A stretch of 58,422 nucleotides of DNA, counting the filler, from Porpidia crustulata (Eukaryota), in assembly GCA_964255105.1 (NCBI GenBank). It is 5 parts of 5 records of this genome, joined end to end, with 100 filler letters (N's around TTAATTAATTAA, not from the genome) between each part and the next. Parts side by side here need not be neighbours in the genome. Positions count along the whole stretch, not along the records: positions 1 to 11,616 come from CAXUWE010000629.1; 4 more parts are not named here. The stretch is one strand, 5' to 3'. A model generated the notes under the pieces. The model was given only the letters and a program-made list of their open reading frames with translations. It was not told the origin of the DNA and made no database searches. Below are positions 1 to 11,716 of this stretch, piece by piece; positions within the stretch are counted from its first letter, which is position 1, and the number at the start of each line of letters is the position of its first letter. The position numbers and the translations under genes were made by a program.

Positions 1-201
1 GACATGACCTTCAACAAGATTGATAGATCACTAGTTGTATATCGCATCTTACACTCCTACACGATCGCAAAACGAAAAAGCCCTAGAGCTATAATTGAGT
101 ATGATAGGGGAGGGGGTATCTCAGAAAAACAACAACGCCTTTACCCCCGTCGATTCCCGCACTATGCCCAGATCCCAACGTCCCGCGTCTACCGCCGGAG
201 C

Positions 202-2499
202 TTATAAGCCCAATGACTCGCCCAGACTCCCTAGATATCTGCCTAGTCCCTTTCCGCCAGTGTCCTCGTGCGGCTGCGGTGAGGGAGTCGCTGAGTCGAG
301 ACTATCCAGGTCGTCATCTTCGTGGAGTTTGTGCTCGCTGGCCTCGCGCTGATTTCCTTGATCGTGCTTATCCTGTTCCTCGCCGTCTTTGCCTCGCACA
401 AGTTCCCAGGGGTTCTGCTCCCTTACTGCGCCTTCTAGGCTCGGGCTTAACAGGCCCCTACCCCGCTCACTCCACCCTTCCTCAGGCGTTAGCACCCTTC
501 CCCCGAGCGACTCCAGTTCTTCGATGTTCACTTTATATTCGAGCGCCCTTTTGGCGTCCGTAATCATTTCCTCTGTGCGTCCGAGACAGCGTTTGAGGGA
601 TTGGTTAAGTTTTTGGCTATCGATCAATAAGGCGCGTTGGCGCGATAGATCCAGTAGAGGCTTTGAGACTACCTTTTTGACGCGTGTAGCGACGGGAATG
701 GAGGAGGTGCGGGCAGACGGAGGGGAGAGGGTGGATTCCGGGAGAGACGTGGCGTCGGTAGATTCAAGATCCGAGTCAAAATCGTCATCGTAGGCAGCGG
801 ACGAGGGATCATCGGATAACTCGTCTTCGCCGCTTTGGGCTTGATTCTCGCCGATCGTGGTACGTTTGTTAGAGATTCCGGAGCGTCGAGACATTCGTCT
901 GAAGCGCCGAATCTCAAGCGCTTGCTTTCGCATCTCGCGCTCGAGGGTTTGATTGATGGCAAGAAGAGAGGAGTTGCTGATTTCAAGATCAAGGACTTTG
1001 CGTTCACGGCGGGCGGATGCGGCGAGGTCGTTCATTTGGTCGATCTTAGATTTTCCAGAAGCAGGCTGGGTAAGTTTTGTTGGGGATTCAGGCTGGGAAG
1101 GAGGGACAGGAAAGGGCACTGGGGAAGGCGGTTCGGCTTGTGTAACTTTGAACGGTGCTTGCGGAGACGACTTGGGGCATTCCGTGGATCCAGCTATAGA
1201 AAAGCCCTGGTCATCTATGAGGAGATCTTTCTTGAAGTCTGTTGGCGGAGATTCCCCATAGCCTGTTGGAGATAATTCCGAATATGTGACGCTTTTACGA
1301 ACTGGAATGGAGCCAACAGCATTGACGCTTGAAGATCTAGCATGACCGGTATTTCGTTGGCTCGGGGTGCTAAGACTTGATCTCCTCGATAGATTTAAGT
1401 CTGGTTGATTATTGGCTGGAGTACTGAGGCTCGACCTTCGAGACGAATTGAACGCTAGTGCCACTGGCGATCTGAGCTCGCCTGCTGCTCCATTAGACAC
1501 CAAACGCGTGTGCCGTCTGGGTGAAGCTTTGTTTATCGAGGATTTCCTAGTGATCGCTCCATCTTTTAGTGGCGAACTTGGACGTTGCTGGGTCGGCCTT
1601 GACGGAGGGTTGTTTTTGAGAGGCGACGGCGACCGCTGGCGCCCACCAACAGATTGAGCGCTTGGGATTGTCTCAAGTATCGGCCTGCTTGAATTTCTAC
1701 CATTTGGAAATCTGAAGGGAGATGATTCTGACTCAGTAGCGGCATTGGAGTGGAAGAACTTGGATTGCCGCTCTTCAGCGGGCGGACTAATACTTAGAGG
1801 CGATCCATTGACTTCATGCTCATACTCTCCGTTGGCGTATTGAAAACTCTGAGTCCCGACTGGTGGAGCAACACGCTGCGTGGAAGTCTTGGAGGATACT
1901 TTGACACTCATATCGCTAGCATGGAAGAACTTTGGTGAGCTCTCAGAACCCAAGTTTCTTGCAGTATAACCATGGGGATCCGAAGATGCCAGACTGAAAG
2001 ATAGTGAGGAGCTTCCACCATCACTAATAAGGCTGCGAGGGCGTGAAGTGCGCCCTCCCCTGATACCAAGTCCAGCTATGCTACTTGTTTCATCTCTTCC
2101 CGGACCAAATCTATCGATCGTAGAACTTGGCCTTGAGTTCCTAGGCGTCCCATCTGGTGTACCAGTCGGGGTGGTCGACGCGCTGTCAACTCTTGCCTTC
2201 CTTGAACTAGACCTTGGTGTTATATTCGAACTTAGAAACGCCTTGACCGGGGTTTCAAGATCCTCATTCCGTTTCGCTGTTGGTGTACCATTGAGTTCCG
2301 TCCGTGAATCTCTCCTTCCTGCATGTGACACGGCAGATGCTGGTGACCCCGCAAGTCTTGGAAGACGTAAGCCTCTACCACCCAGTTGAGGCGAATTCGT
2401 TTTTTCGATTGGGCGGCCATTACTCGCAGTCGATTGGGTCGTCGTTGAATTGCCAATACCTCCCAGGCTAGGAGAGTAGACTTGCATTGGGCGCATCAT
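202..2499 (-). CDS. Uncharacterised Ser/Pro/Arg-rich fungal protein with C-terminal coiled coil
   Basis: 765-aa uninterrupted ORF. Low-complexity N-terminus, then a coiled-coil-like block RRERKVLDLEISNSSLLAINQTLEREMRKQ and a second helical block (LLIDSQKLNQSLKRCLG). Confidence 0.75.
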   Translation of the reverse strand: MMRPMQVYSPSLGGIGNSTTTQSTASNGRPIEKTNSPQLGGRGLRLPRLAGSPASAVSHAGRRDSRTELNGTPTAKRNEDLETPVKAFLSSNITPRSSSRKARVDSASTTPTGTPDGTPRNSRPSSTIDRFGPGRDETSSIAGLGIRGGRTSRPRSLISDGGSSSLSFSLASSDPHGYTARNLGSESSPKFFHASDMSVKVSSKTSTQRVAPPVGTQSFQYANGEYEHEVNGSPLSISPPAEERQSKFFHSNAATESESSPFRFPNGRNSSRPILETIPSAQSVGGRQRSPSPLKNNPPSRPTQQRPSSPLKDGAITRKSSINKASPRRHTRLVSNGAAGELRSPVALAFNSSRRSSLSTPANNQPDLNLSRRSSLSTPSQRNTGHARSSSVNAVGSIPVRKSVTYSELSPTGYGESPPTDFKKDLLIDDQGFSIAGSTECPKSSPQAPFKVTQAEPPSPVPFPVPPSQPESPTKLTQPASGKSKIDQMNDLAASARRERKVLDLEISNSSLLAINQTLEREMRKQALEIRRFRRMSRRSGISNKRTTIGENQAQSGEDELSDDPSSAAYDDDFDSDLESTDATSLPESTLSPPSARTSSIPVATRVKKVVSKPLLDLSRQRALLIDSQKLNQSLKRCLGRTEEMITDAKRALEYKVNIEELESLGGRVLTPEEGWSERGRGLLSPSLEGAVREQNPWELVRGKDGEEQDKHDQGNQREASEHKLHEDDDLDSLDSATPSPQPHEDTGGKGLGRYLGSLGESLGL

Positions 2500-2863
2500 C
2501 GCATCTTTATCGCGAACTCAGAAACCGTGGCTTCATAGCAACCGGCGATGAAATGTTGAACGTGGAAAAGTGCTTCTTGATGTTGCGATCATAGACTTGA
2601 TGCTCATGTTACATACAGTAAACACCCACCTTAGTTCCACTTAGCGTTGTGGTGACCGCATTACACCTTTTTACGCGGAGTCACATGATTAGGAGCCGCA
2701 TCAATACAGGAACGGGTGTCCTATACCTACACGTCCTCTTGTGGACTCTGCTATTTACTACCAATTGGTGAAGGCTTTGGTTGAAGCCACAAATTCACAA
2801 CCATGAAGAAAATCGGTTAAAAGAGTATCGTGCTGACGTCGAATCGAAGTAAGCGCTCCGGAT

Positions 2864-4878
2864 ATGCCATCAGATGAAAGGAATTTCGCTCAAGATATCT
2901 TATCAAATGGGGCTTCCACCAGTGTCGAGCTCGCGGAACATGCGTCTCTCAAACATCATCTATTGGGCCCGTCCTTGACGAAAGCTGGTCAAGACTCGGT
3001 CGATCAGCAGAAGGTTAGCCAACTACATTCCTGTACGATACTCCACAACAATGCTAATGGCTTGAAAAGGTTTCGGAGATCATCTATAATGCTTCAAGAG
3101 GCTCAAAGTTCTTCAATAATGAAGAGAGTAAAGACAACATCCTTACACAGAAAATCGAAAAGATTCTGTCAAGGAAAAGACAATTGGAACGAGTCGATTT
3201 GGCGTCTGACCTTCGTCGCGCGGACGAGTACATAGCTGAAGTGGAGCTTTCCCGAGACCTTTCTCAAACAGTCGTCCACATTGACTGCGATGCCTTTTAT
3301 GCCGCCGTTGAAGAGATTGATCGTCCAGAACTGAAAGACGTCCCTATGGCTGTAGGGAAAGGGGTGCTCACAACATGTAATTACCATGCAAGGAAATTTG
3401 GCTGTCGAAGTGGGATGGCAGGCTTTGTTGCTATGAAGCTGTGTCCGCAATTGATATGCTTACCGTTGAATTTTGAGAAATACACTGCAAAAGCCCAAGA
3501 GGTTAGAGAAATCTTAGCCGACTATGATCCACGTTTCGAAAGTGCTAGTATTGACGAAGCCTATCTAAACATTACTCGGTACTGTGAGGACACACAGATG
3601 AAACCTGAAGCTGTGGTTGCGCAATTGCGGGCAGAGGTCCACGAGAAGACTAAAATCACCATCTCTGCTGGTATCGCTGCGAATGCGAAGATCGCAAAGA
3701 TAGCCTCGAACCGAAATAAGCCTAATGGGCAGTTCCGAGTTGCTAACGATAGAGCCACAATACTAGCCTTCATGCGTGAGTTGCCCACTCGCAAAGTCAA
3801 TGGCGTTGGTCGAGTATTTGAGCGGGAACTCGACGCCATTGGTGTCAAAACATGCGGTGATATCTATTCCCAACGGGCTTACCTTTCCAAGCTCTTTGGA
3901 GAGAAAGCATTTCAATTCCTCATACAATGCTATCTCGGTCTTGGAAGGACCAATGTTCAACCAGCTGAGGAACCCGAACGCAAAAGTGTTGGAACCGAAT
4001 CTACATTTCGAGATATGAGCGGCAAGACCGAACTACGTGAGAAGCTACGATGGATTGCTGAAGAGCTTGAAAAGGACCTCAGCCGCACGAAATATAAGGG
4101 CCGCACGCTCGTGCTCAAAATCAAGCTACACACGTACGAGGTCTTGACTCGGCAGGTCATCCCGCCGAAAGCTGTCAGTACGGCGGACGATTTATATACC
4201 TACTCCTTACCTATGCTAGCAAAGCTAGAACGTGAGATCCCAGGAATGACGCTCCGACTCATGGGGTTACGATGCACGCACATCGTCAGCACCAAGAAGA
4301 GTGAAACTGATTTCTTTGGCATACGGCGGCAAGACTCAGCTGACGGAGCCTCGACGAGCTCGGGCAAGCGCAACAGTGCCGGTGATAAAGGCGAATGGGA
4401 AGTTTGGCCTGAGGAAGAATTCGAAGCAGCAGCGCGACAAGAATTGCAAGATGAGATGAACGAGCTGGAGCGACTTAGCCAGGAACGGATCTGGGACAGC
4501 CCCACACAAGAAGATATCGAAGAAGCCAACCGGCGGCGCAAGCATGGAAGAGAAATCCTGCCGAATCCCAAAAAATCAAGCGAAGGAAACCGGCAAGAAG
4601 AAACACCTCGAGATCATTTATGGGACTGCCCCATCTGCGCCCGTCCACAACCAGCAAATGACCGCGATTTCAACGACCACATCGACCACTGCCTCTCCCG
4701 GCAAACTATCAAAGACGCCATCAGGGAGACATCGCCAGCGCTACCAATGGTGGAACTAGCCAAGGCCTCGCCATTGAGAGAAGCCAGTGCAGCAGCATCA
4801 CAAGGTAGGGGCAGAGGAAAGAGAAAAGGACAGATTCCAGTCATGCAAGCGAAGAAGCAAAGGCTCTTTTTCGGGTGA
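2864..4878 (+). CDS. POLK: Y-family DNA polymerase kappa (DinB-like)
   Basis: Catalytic motifs HIDCDAFYAAVE and SIDEAYL, C-terminal UBZ zinc finger (CPIC...HIDHC) and PIP-like end KKQRLFFG. One intron 3014-3069 (GTTAGC...GCTAAT...AAG) joins ORFs 2864 and 3184. Confidence 0.95.
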
Positions 4879-5884
4879 CGAACGGAGAGCTTCCGCCACA
4901 CCATCGCGCGGAAAGTCGGGCGCATAGCCAAGGCAGGCTTTCAACGTCTCCGTCAGCTCCACCTGCAATGCAACGACAAACCCAGTGCCGTTGCCAGCTT
5001 GGTATTCAGCACTATACGTCGGATCGCTCTCCATGAGTCCTAAGACGAAAAACTGTCACAACCTCCCTATCTCGCAATGCAGAGGGTATCAAAAGTTATT
5101 GGATTACTTGAGCAAGATGAGTAGCCAAGCACCGATACAGAACGGGGACATAAATGCGCACCTCTCCGGAACAGATTGGACGATTGCCTATCAATCTCTG
5201 CGGATCACACGGCCCTACTTACGATTTATTGCATAGCGATGGCGTCACGAACGGAGTGCATGGGCAGGGCGCTCTTTTTTGTTGTATAGACGTTACGGCT
5301 TTGGAAACGCAGTGCTGGATTACATAGCATGTACCACGAATTTCTCACGAGGTCATGAGGGTGAAATGTGTGTTGTAGTAAACCCTTTTTGCTTTTAACA
5401 TTCAGGAGACCCAAGAGCAAAAGTAAACGCCGACAAAGAAAATATCGAGATCTGAAATAACATTTGGCAATCTAGCATCTTGTGAACAAATGTCCAATAT
5501 CTTTCACTTCCGGGAATTCGTGACTATCTGGCATCCCCGTTTCCCTTCCTCCACTCACGAAATTCAGCCCACAACCCGGGTTTGACGGTAATGACTGATT
5601 GGCAGGCTGAGAGATATGAGCTACCTCCTCGGGACTATTGGAACAGCTTCTCGGGTCTCGTAGATTTACGGCCCACCATGGTGACACGGAATCTTAAGAA
5701 ACACGGAACTCCTGTGCAATTGTAGACGTTCGGGCATATTCTGTCTAGAATACAGTATAGCAACCGAAGGTACAAATTCGCTTATAGTTGCGGTAAATGA
5801 AACCTGGTTGTTAGCAGTGAATACGGTCGAACGTCTTTGAGCATTTCGTCTTTCGCATGGTAATCTCAACAGCCATGCACCGTC

Positions 5885-7986
5885 TTAGGGAACCCATAAT
5901 TTCCCCTTGCCACGAACCGAGCCTCTGGTGTTTCCAGACTTCAGGACGTAATCCAGCTCAGGCTCCTGAGTACCAATAGCTCGGCGAGGGCTCCCGCGCG
6001 GAGAATATCGAGAGTAAGGGTGATTGTTGTGTACATTGGCCTTTGGGTTCGTCGCAAATGATCGTCCGAAAGCATCGGGGTCGATAATTGCAGGGGCATT
6101 GGGCGGGGTTTTGTTCCGAGGCTGACGATTTGGTATTGCGTTTTTCGGGCCGCGTTGGATATGTCGCTTCGGACTTTGGCTGGCATTTGGTTTGGGGCTT
6201 CGAATAAGATTCTGTACAACGTTTTGGGCAATATTCTGCGCGGCACCATGAGCGACAATCGGGGCGACATTCTGCGTGACATTTTGAGTGGCGGTTTGGT
6301 CGACATTTCGAGCGGCGATCTGTTTCGGACTTGGCTGCGGCGATTTCGTTTGAGCAGACAGGCGCTTGGCTTTCGGGTTGAAAACGATTTCTTCATCATC
6401 ACTGTCTCCATCCTCCTTGGCGGATGCCGGCGCTGGGGAAGCGATTGGAATTTGGCGGGGAGATGGCGTGGAGAATTCGGCTGTTCGTTGTAAGACCACT
6501 GGATGGGTTGTCTGAGCCGACGTTGGCTGTGAAAGTCCCTCACTCTTGGTATATGTCTCCATGTGTTGTCGCGACTTCAAGTTTGGTTCCATGTTTGGAC
6601 TCAACTTTGGTGCCAAGTTCTTGATCCATGCCGTTATATTGCTAATCTTCTCAGCAACGAATGCATTAGATCCAGGGTCAGTTGATTTCAGGATTTCAGC
6701 TTTTTGTTGAGCGTCAGTCTCTTCAGCAATGTCAATGATAGTAGGATAAGTCTGCACTGCAATGTCGGGGGACACAATCTCGAGCTCTGCTGCACTTGGA
6801 ATTAATGTGTCGATCGGTTTTTCCACTGCGATGCTACCTTCCAAGCCATTGTCAATGCGTTCCTCAATTCGTACCACCGGCTCAGTAGGATCTTCTTCTT
6901 CTTCTTCTTTACTATTGGCTGTACGGCTCAAGACACCATCTTTCAATAGACTTCCATTCAAATTGTCATCTCCTACCGACGGTGATTGCAGGGCATCTTT
7001 GTGATGAACGGCGTCCTTTTCATCAACATGTACCGATCCATTTTGCGAGACTCCCCGTCGAGGCTCTATCACACCAAATGTTCGTTCAAGATCGCCCAAA
7101 ATATCGCAGTCATTCTGCTTGATCTGCGCGTTGATTGTACGGCGAACCTCTTCCATGGACTGCACTACAACATCAAGCTTCTGACCCACAGTAAATGCCT
7201 TCAGATCATCGCTGAGAACGATCAAGGAGGTAGCGTCAGCACGGCGTTTGCTACTTTCATGAAGCCGCCACAGCACATAGCTGAAAACGGGTCTCACATC
7301 TGAAGGCACCTCTCTTAGTGGGATTTGGGGAACCTTCCTACCAATATTCCATGGTACTTTGTCGCTTCCTGGAGCTCGAGCAACAAGTTTAGGCTTGACA
7401 GGACCTGCGTCAAACTTTTTGAGCAATGACGACAGCAAGTATAGAATTTTCACAAACCTTTTACAACTTCGCCATTTTCCTTCATTTGCTTCGCCAAATT
7501 TGATTTGGCAACAGCCTGCGCAAACGTAGCGGGACCGTTTTCTGGGGATTCCTCACGCTTGTCGCCTCGCTCTTCAGCCAGTTTCCAAGGTGAGTACACT
7601 TCACCTGATTGCTGAAACTCTACAGCACAAGGCAGCTCGGGATCCCAAGATTCCTTGTCGCGCTCCAGCCATGCGAGGAATGCCTTGGTTAAGCGAGCAT
7701 TAATATCGAAACTGGGATGTTCCCTGCGTACGGTCTTGCCTGATGACTTCGGGCGCGTGGATTCTTGTGGTTTTTGTTTTGGCTCAATCGACTTTTGGAA
7801 AAGCTGTTCAACACGCTCCGATGCTTGAAGAGGATTAAATATACGAGAGGCGTTGTGAGGGAAGCTGAGACACATACTGCTCGAGGGCACAACAAGACGA
7901 ATATGGCCATTGTATACCCACTTCTTGAATTCATGGATATGTTCAACGAGGGTGGCAGCGTCAACGACGCAGTATGGGGTTTGCAT
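5885..7986 (-). CDS. PIN-like domain protein with long disordered C-terminus
   Basis: N-terminal CVVDAATLV...IRLVVP and later LIVLSDD resemble PIN-fold strands. Introns at 7824-7877 and about 7406-7458 join the ORFs. The protein ends GKGKLWVP. Confidence 0.65.
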
Positions 7987-9081
7987 TTTACTAGCAACTG
8001 CAATGTCTGCAAGTTTTCGATCTCATGGAGACGGTTTCGTAATGCGGGTAGGCCAGACCGAAGGGCCTGCACAAGTATTGTGAGTGAACGTCCGATATTA
8101 ATGAGAGCTCTTCAATAGCGCAACTCGAAGACAATAGGTAGATTGCAGGCTGGCACGGATGTGAATAAATAACGCACCTGAATCAAGTCTTCCGAGAGAC
8201 AAAGCGCATTCGTACATCTTGCAAATTGTGACACGCCTCTCGAGTATCCAAGAGGCTTAAGTAATGCCTCAACTCGACCATTAGGCGTAGGAAGGTAAGG
8301 TAGGACTTAAATATACAGAAAAGGAAAAGGATGGGCTGTGTGTCAGAGGAAGGCAAATGATCCGTGAATGATTTCGAGCATAAGCCGCTGCGGGAATGGC
8401 CGGGGGCTGAAAGTAGCTTAGTTCGAGATTGGCGCCATGGTACGAATAACTCAGCCTTACCTTGGCACGGAAATACTTCGGGCTTCATGACCATGGATCA
8501 ATATATCAATTAACCATACAAGTAAAAACAACACCAATCTCACACATCGAGCGCTTAGTATTTTGGAATTTGGGCCAATAAGTATGCCAGGAAGTATGCA
8601 AGGTAGTGAATGTTGATCGCCTCCTATCTGCATGGGCAATAAGTCCCTCGCAATCACGCCACAACAAAATTGCTTACAGGACCCCATTGTGAGAGGAAAG
8701 TGGCAGAAAGATAAACCTGGCTGAAGACTTTGATTCGTATGCCTGAGGTATCGTGTGGTCATACGTCTGACCTTTGTCGATGGTTGTTGACTGGCTTTCT
8801 ATCACCCCCAATACAGCAGCTACCAAGACAGTGCGACTCAAGTCATAAATATGCCATGTTCGTACAAAGAAGCTCTTATTCAGGAAATTCAATGAATTTT
8901 CGTCGGAGGGGAAAGTCTTAATACCTACCATAATAATTGCCAAGAACGCAGGGCTACTTGAATTATTCTGGAATTCAACGAAGTATTCAATCGAGCAGCG
9001 TTTACTAGTACAAGGACCGTTATAGCTTCTCCTCAATGAACTTGCTCACGCAAGAAACGTCAGACACTCTAACATTGGCAT

Positions 9082-10170
9082 TCATGTGGCCTTTTGAATT
9101 AGTCCGTCGGCTTCTGAGACTCGTTGAGCCCATTCCCTAGACCCACTTGTTAGCAAAATTCTCGAGCATAAACACTACATCTTCACGTACGTCCAGCTTC
9201 CATCATACAGCTGCCAGTCTTCCGCCTTACCATAGTTGGCTTCTCCGAGCGCAACATCGATGACAGCAGCCGTAACGCCAGTACCGCAACTGCAGATAAT
9301 TGGCTTCTCTTTATCTATCCCTTTGCTTGCAAATATTTTCTCAAGCTCAGGTCCTGGCAGAAGAGCTCCCGTCTTTGGATCCAATAACTCGGAGTGTGGA
9401 ACGCTTATACTACCAGGAATATGTCCACTGGACAAGCCAGGCCTTGGCTCAGGAGCTGTACCTGCCCAGCGTCCCTGCGATCTTGCGTCAAGTATCTGAA
9501 TTCCCTCTGCCCCTTCCTTATTGTAATCCTTTGCAATACTCTTTACTTCCGCAAACTTGACCACCTTTCCAGGATCGACATTTGGGACGGGGTAATGAGT
9601 CTTCTCTGCAGGTAATTCCGGAAGCATTCCACTTTCCGTAGGGAAACCTTGATCAACCCATAATCGGAAATTGTTGAGAACGTGGACCGCAGGATGACCA
9701 AATACTTTCAAGGTCCAGCCCACTCTAGGAGCGCTAAATATGCCTAGCTCTTGCGTATCATAGACCACGATTTGGTCATCTTTCCTTATTCCTAACGATT
9801 CCATAGCCTCAGCAAATACCTCCGCCGTGGGCAACATGTGCGGATATGACGAGTCATGATCTCTGACACCATCTATGTCAAAGAACTTCGCGGACGCAAT
9901 CCGCTGCTGTCTGAAGGCTTGCTTCCCCGTACGACCTTGAGGATCATTTGGGAGGAACCAAGCTGCACAAAGGGGAATCACTCGAGGTGCTGTAGAAATA
10001 GTTGTAGGGACATTTCGCTCTAGAGCATATGCTAGCTCTTTTGGAGTGACTATGTAGGAGCTCAATGAGAAATGGCGAGTTTGGCCCATGGACATTGGGA
10101 TTCGTGCATGAGCGAGGGTCCGCTTTGCATAGAGATTGGGCGTTCGCATTCGCGCTAGTAATAAAGCCAT
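9082..10170 (-). CDS. TUM1: 3-mercaptopyruvate/thiosulfate sulfurtransferase (tandem rhodanese) with probable mitochondrial presequence
   Basis: Active-site loop CSCGTGVTA, GHIPGS, and YDGSWTEW after removing intron 9137-9190. Arg-rich, acid-free N-terminus. Confidence 0.93.
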
Positions 10171-10532
10171 CTCATAGACTGCTTCAGGATCCGCTTTGGG
10201 CGCATCTCAATCCTGTGACCAAGATCATAATGATACCTATCTAGGATACGGTAGGTTGTACCGATTGGACGGAAGAGAAAGGAACGAGAGGTGTTGAAAA
10301 GATCATGTCGTTAAGAAAGAACAAGGTCATAGCTCAAGCTCCGCTCTTATCGATAGACCGGATCGCCCCGCATCCACCCCCGGTGCTCGAAGTAAACAAA
10401 GCAGATCATACAAACGTTATACCTGACCGTATGATGTCTTCCTGCTAAGAGGTGGAAGGTCACACAATACCTGTGGAAATCAGCAGCACTACCTATTTCC
10501 GCGGACCTTACCTTGCCAGCGATCTATCCACC

Positions 10533-10962
10533 ATGAAGGTTACCATCAGAGAATGGAACGCAGTCGCATCTTGGCGATGGGATATGCCAGAGGACGACGT
10601 CTGCGGCATTTGTCGAGTTCAATTTGATGGAACTTGCCCTACTTGCAAATATCCTGGTGACGATTGCACATTGCGTGAGTCGTCTCTCAAGAATACCTAT
10701 CTTCTCAACGAGATACACGCTAACACGGTGATCAGTGATTGGAAAGTGCGGCCACTCCTTTCATATGGTATGGTACTACTCGAGTTTATGATATAGAGGC
10801 GAGTACTAATTCAGGACAGCATTGCTTGCTCACCTGGATTCAGCAAGATTCATCCAAGGGTTTATGTCCTATGTGCCGGCAGAGTAAGATCCAATATGTC
10901 CCTCCTTGAACATCTACTGATGCAATCCATCAGAGTTTGAATGGAAGCAGAGTGGAGAATGA
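10533..10962 (+). CDS. APC11: Anaphase-promoting complex RING-H2 subunit Apc11
   Basis: Four exons splice to MKVTIREWNAVASWRWDMPEDDVCGICRVQFDGTCPTCKYPGDDC...CGHSFHMHC...CPMCRQKFEWK. Confidence 0.93.
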
Positions 10963-11616
10963 CAGTGCTCCTCTTGGGCGCTATTGAGCCAGGATACCTT
11001 GCCATTCAATCACCAGTATTGCTCCAGCATTCACACTACGCTGTTGGCTACATACCCAAATTGGTGTTACTCATAAAGTTATTTCGAAAAACCCTCTACA
11101 ACAGAAGATATACGCAAATCTTCGACACTATTCTCTACCGAAACCTACACATTGTCTATCCATGATATCCCTACCTTTGCGTGACAGACAGACGCAGGCT
11201 TAGCTTTTAAGAAACGCTGGAAGCGCGCCTGGACTATGCGTTGGTGTCTTTGAAAATCCCAAAACCGGGGTGGCAGTTTCTCTAGGGTAGCAAATGAAAG
11301 GGTGCAAAGGAACTAGACAGAACCGCTGGGCGAATGTTCAAGATCTATCACGGGCCTTTTAGTAGACTTCCGAGAGATGTAAACCCAAGCCTCGAAGATC
11401 ACAATAAAAGCAGCGTTTGAGTGGAGTCGAGAAAAGCCAGCATCTTTCTCAAACGTATACATTCCTTGCGCGCGGCCGCTGCGCATTGGATCATCCAACA
11501 CTCTCTCGCTTTGAAAAGTCCACAAATGGTCCAGCAACGCTTCCAGTCGAAGCATCGCCATCGTCATCGCGAGATTTCATCTCATAAAAACTTCAACACA
11601 TACAGCGGAAAGCATC

Positions 11617-11716
11617 NNNNNNNNNNNNNNNNNNNNNNNNNNNNNNNNNNNNNNNNNNNNTTAATTAATTAANNNNNNNNNNNNNNNNNNNNNNNNNNNN
11701 NNNNNNNNNNNNNNNN
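11617..11716. other. Artificial contig linker (N44-TTAATTAATTAA-N44)
   Basis: Palindromic 12-mer giving stops in all six frames, flanked by Ns. Identical at four positions in the window. Confidence 0.97.

Noticed and set aside
11661..11672. TTAATTAATTAA repeated at regular intervals of about 11.7 kb
   Set aside because: It is an assembly linker embedded in Ns, not a biological repeat.
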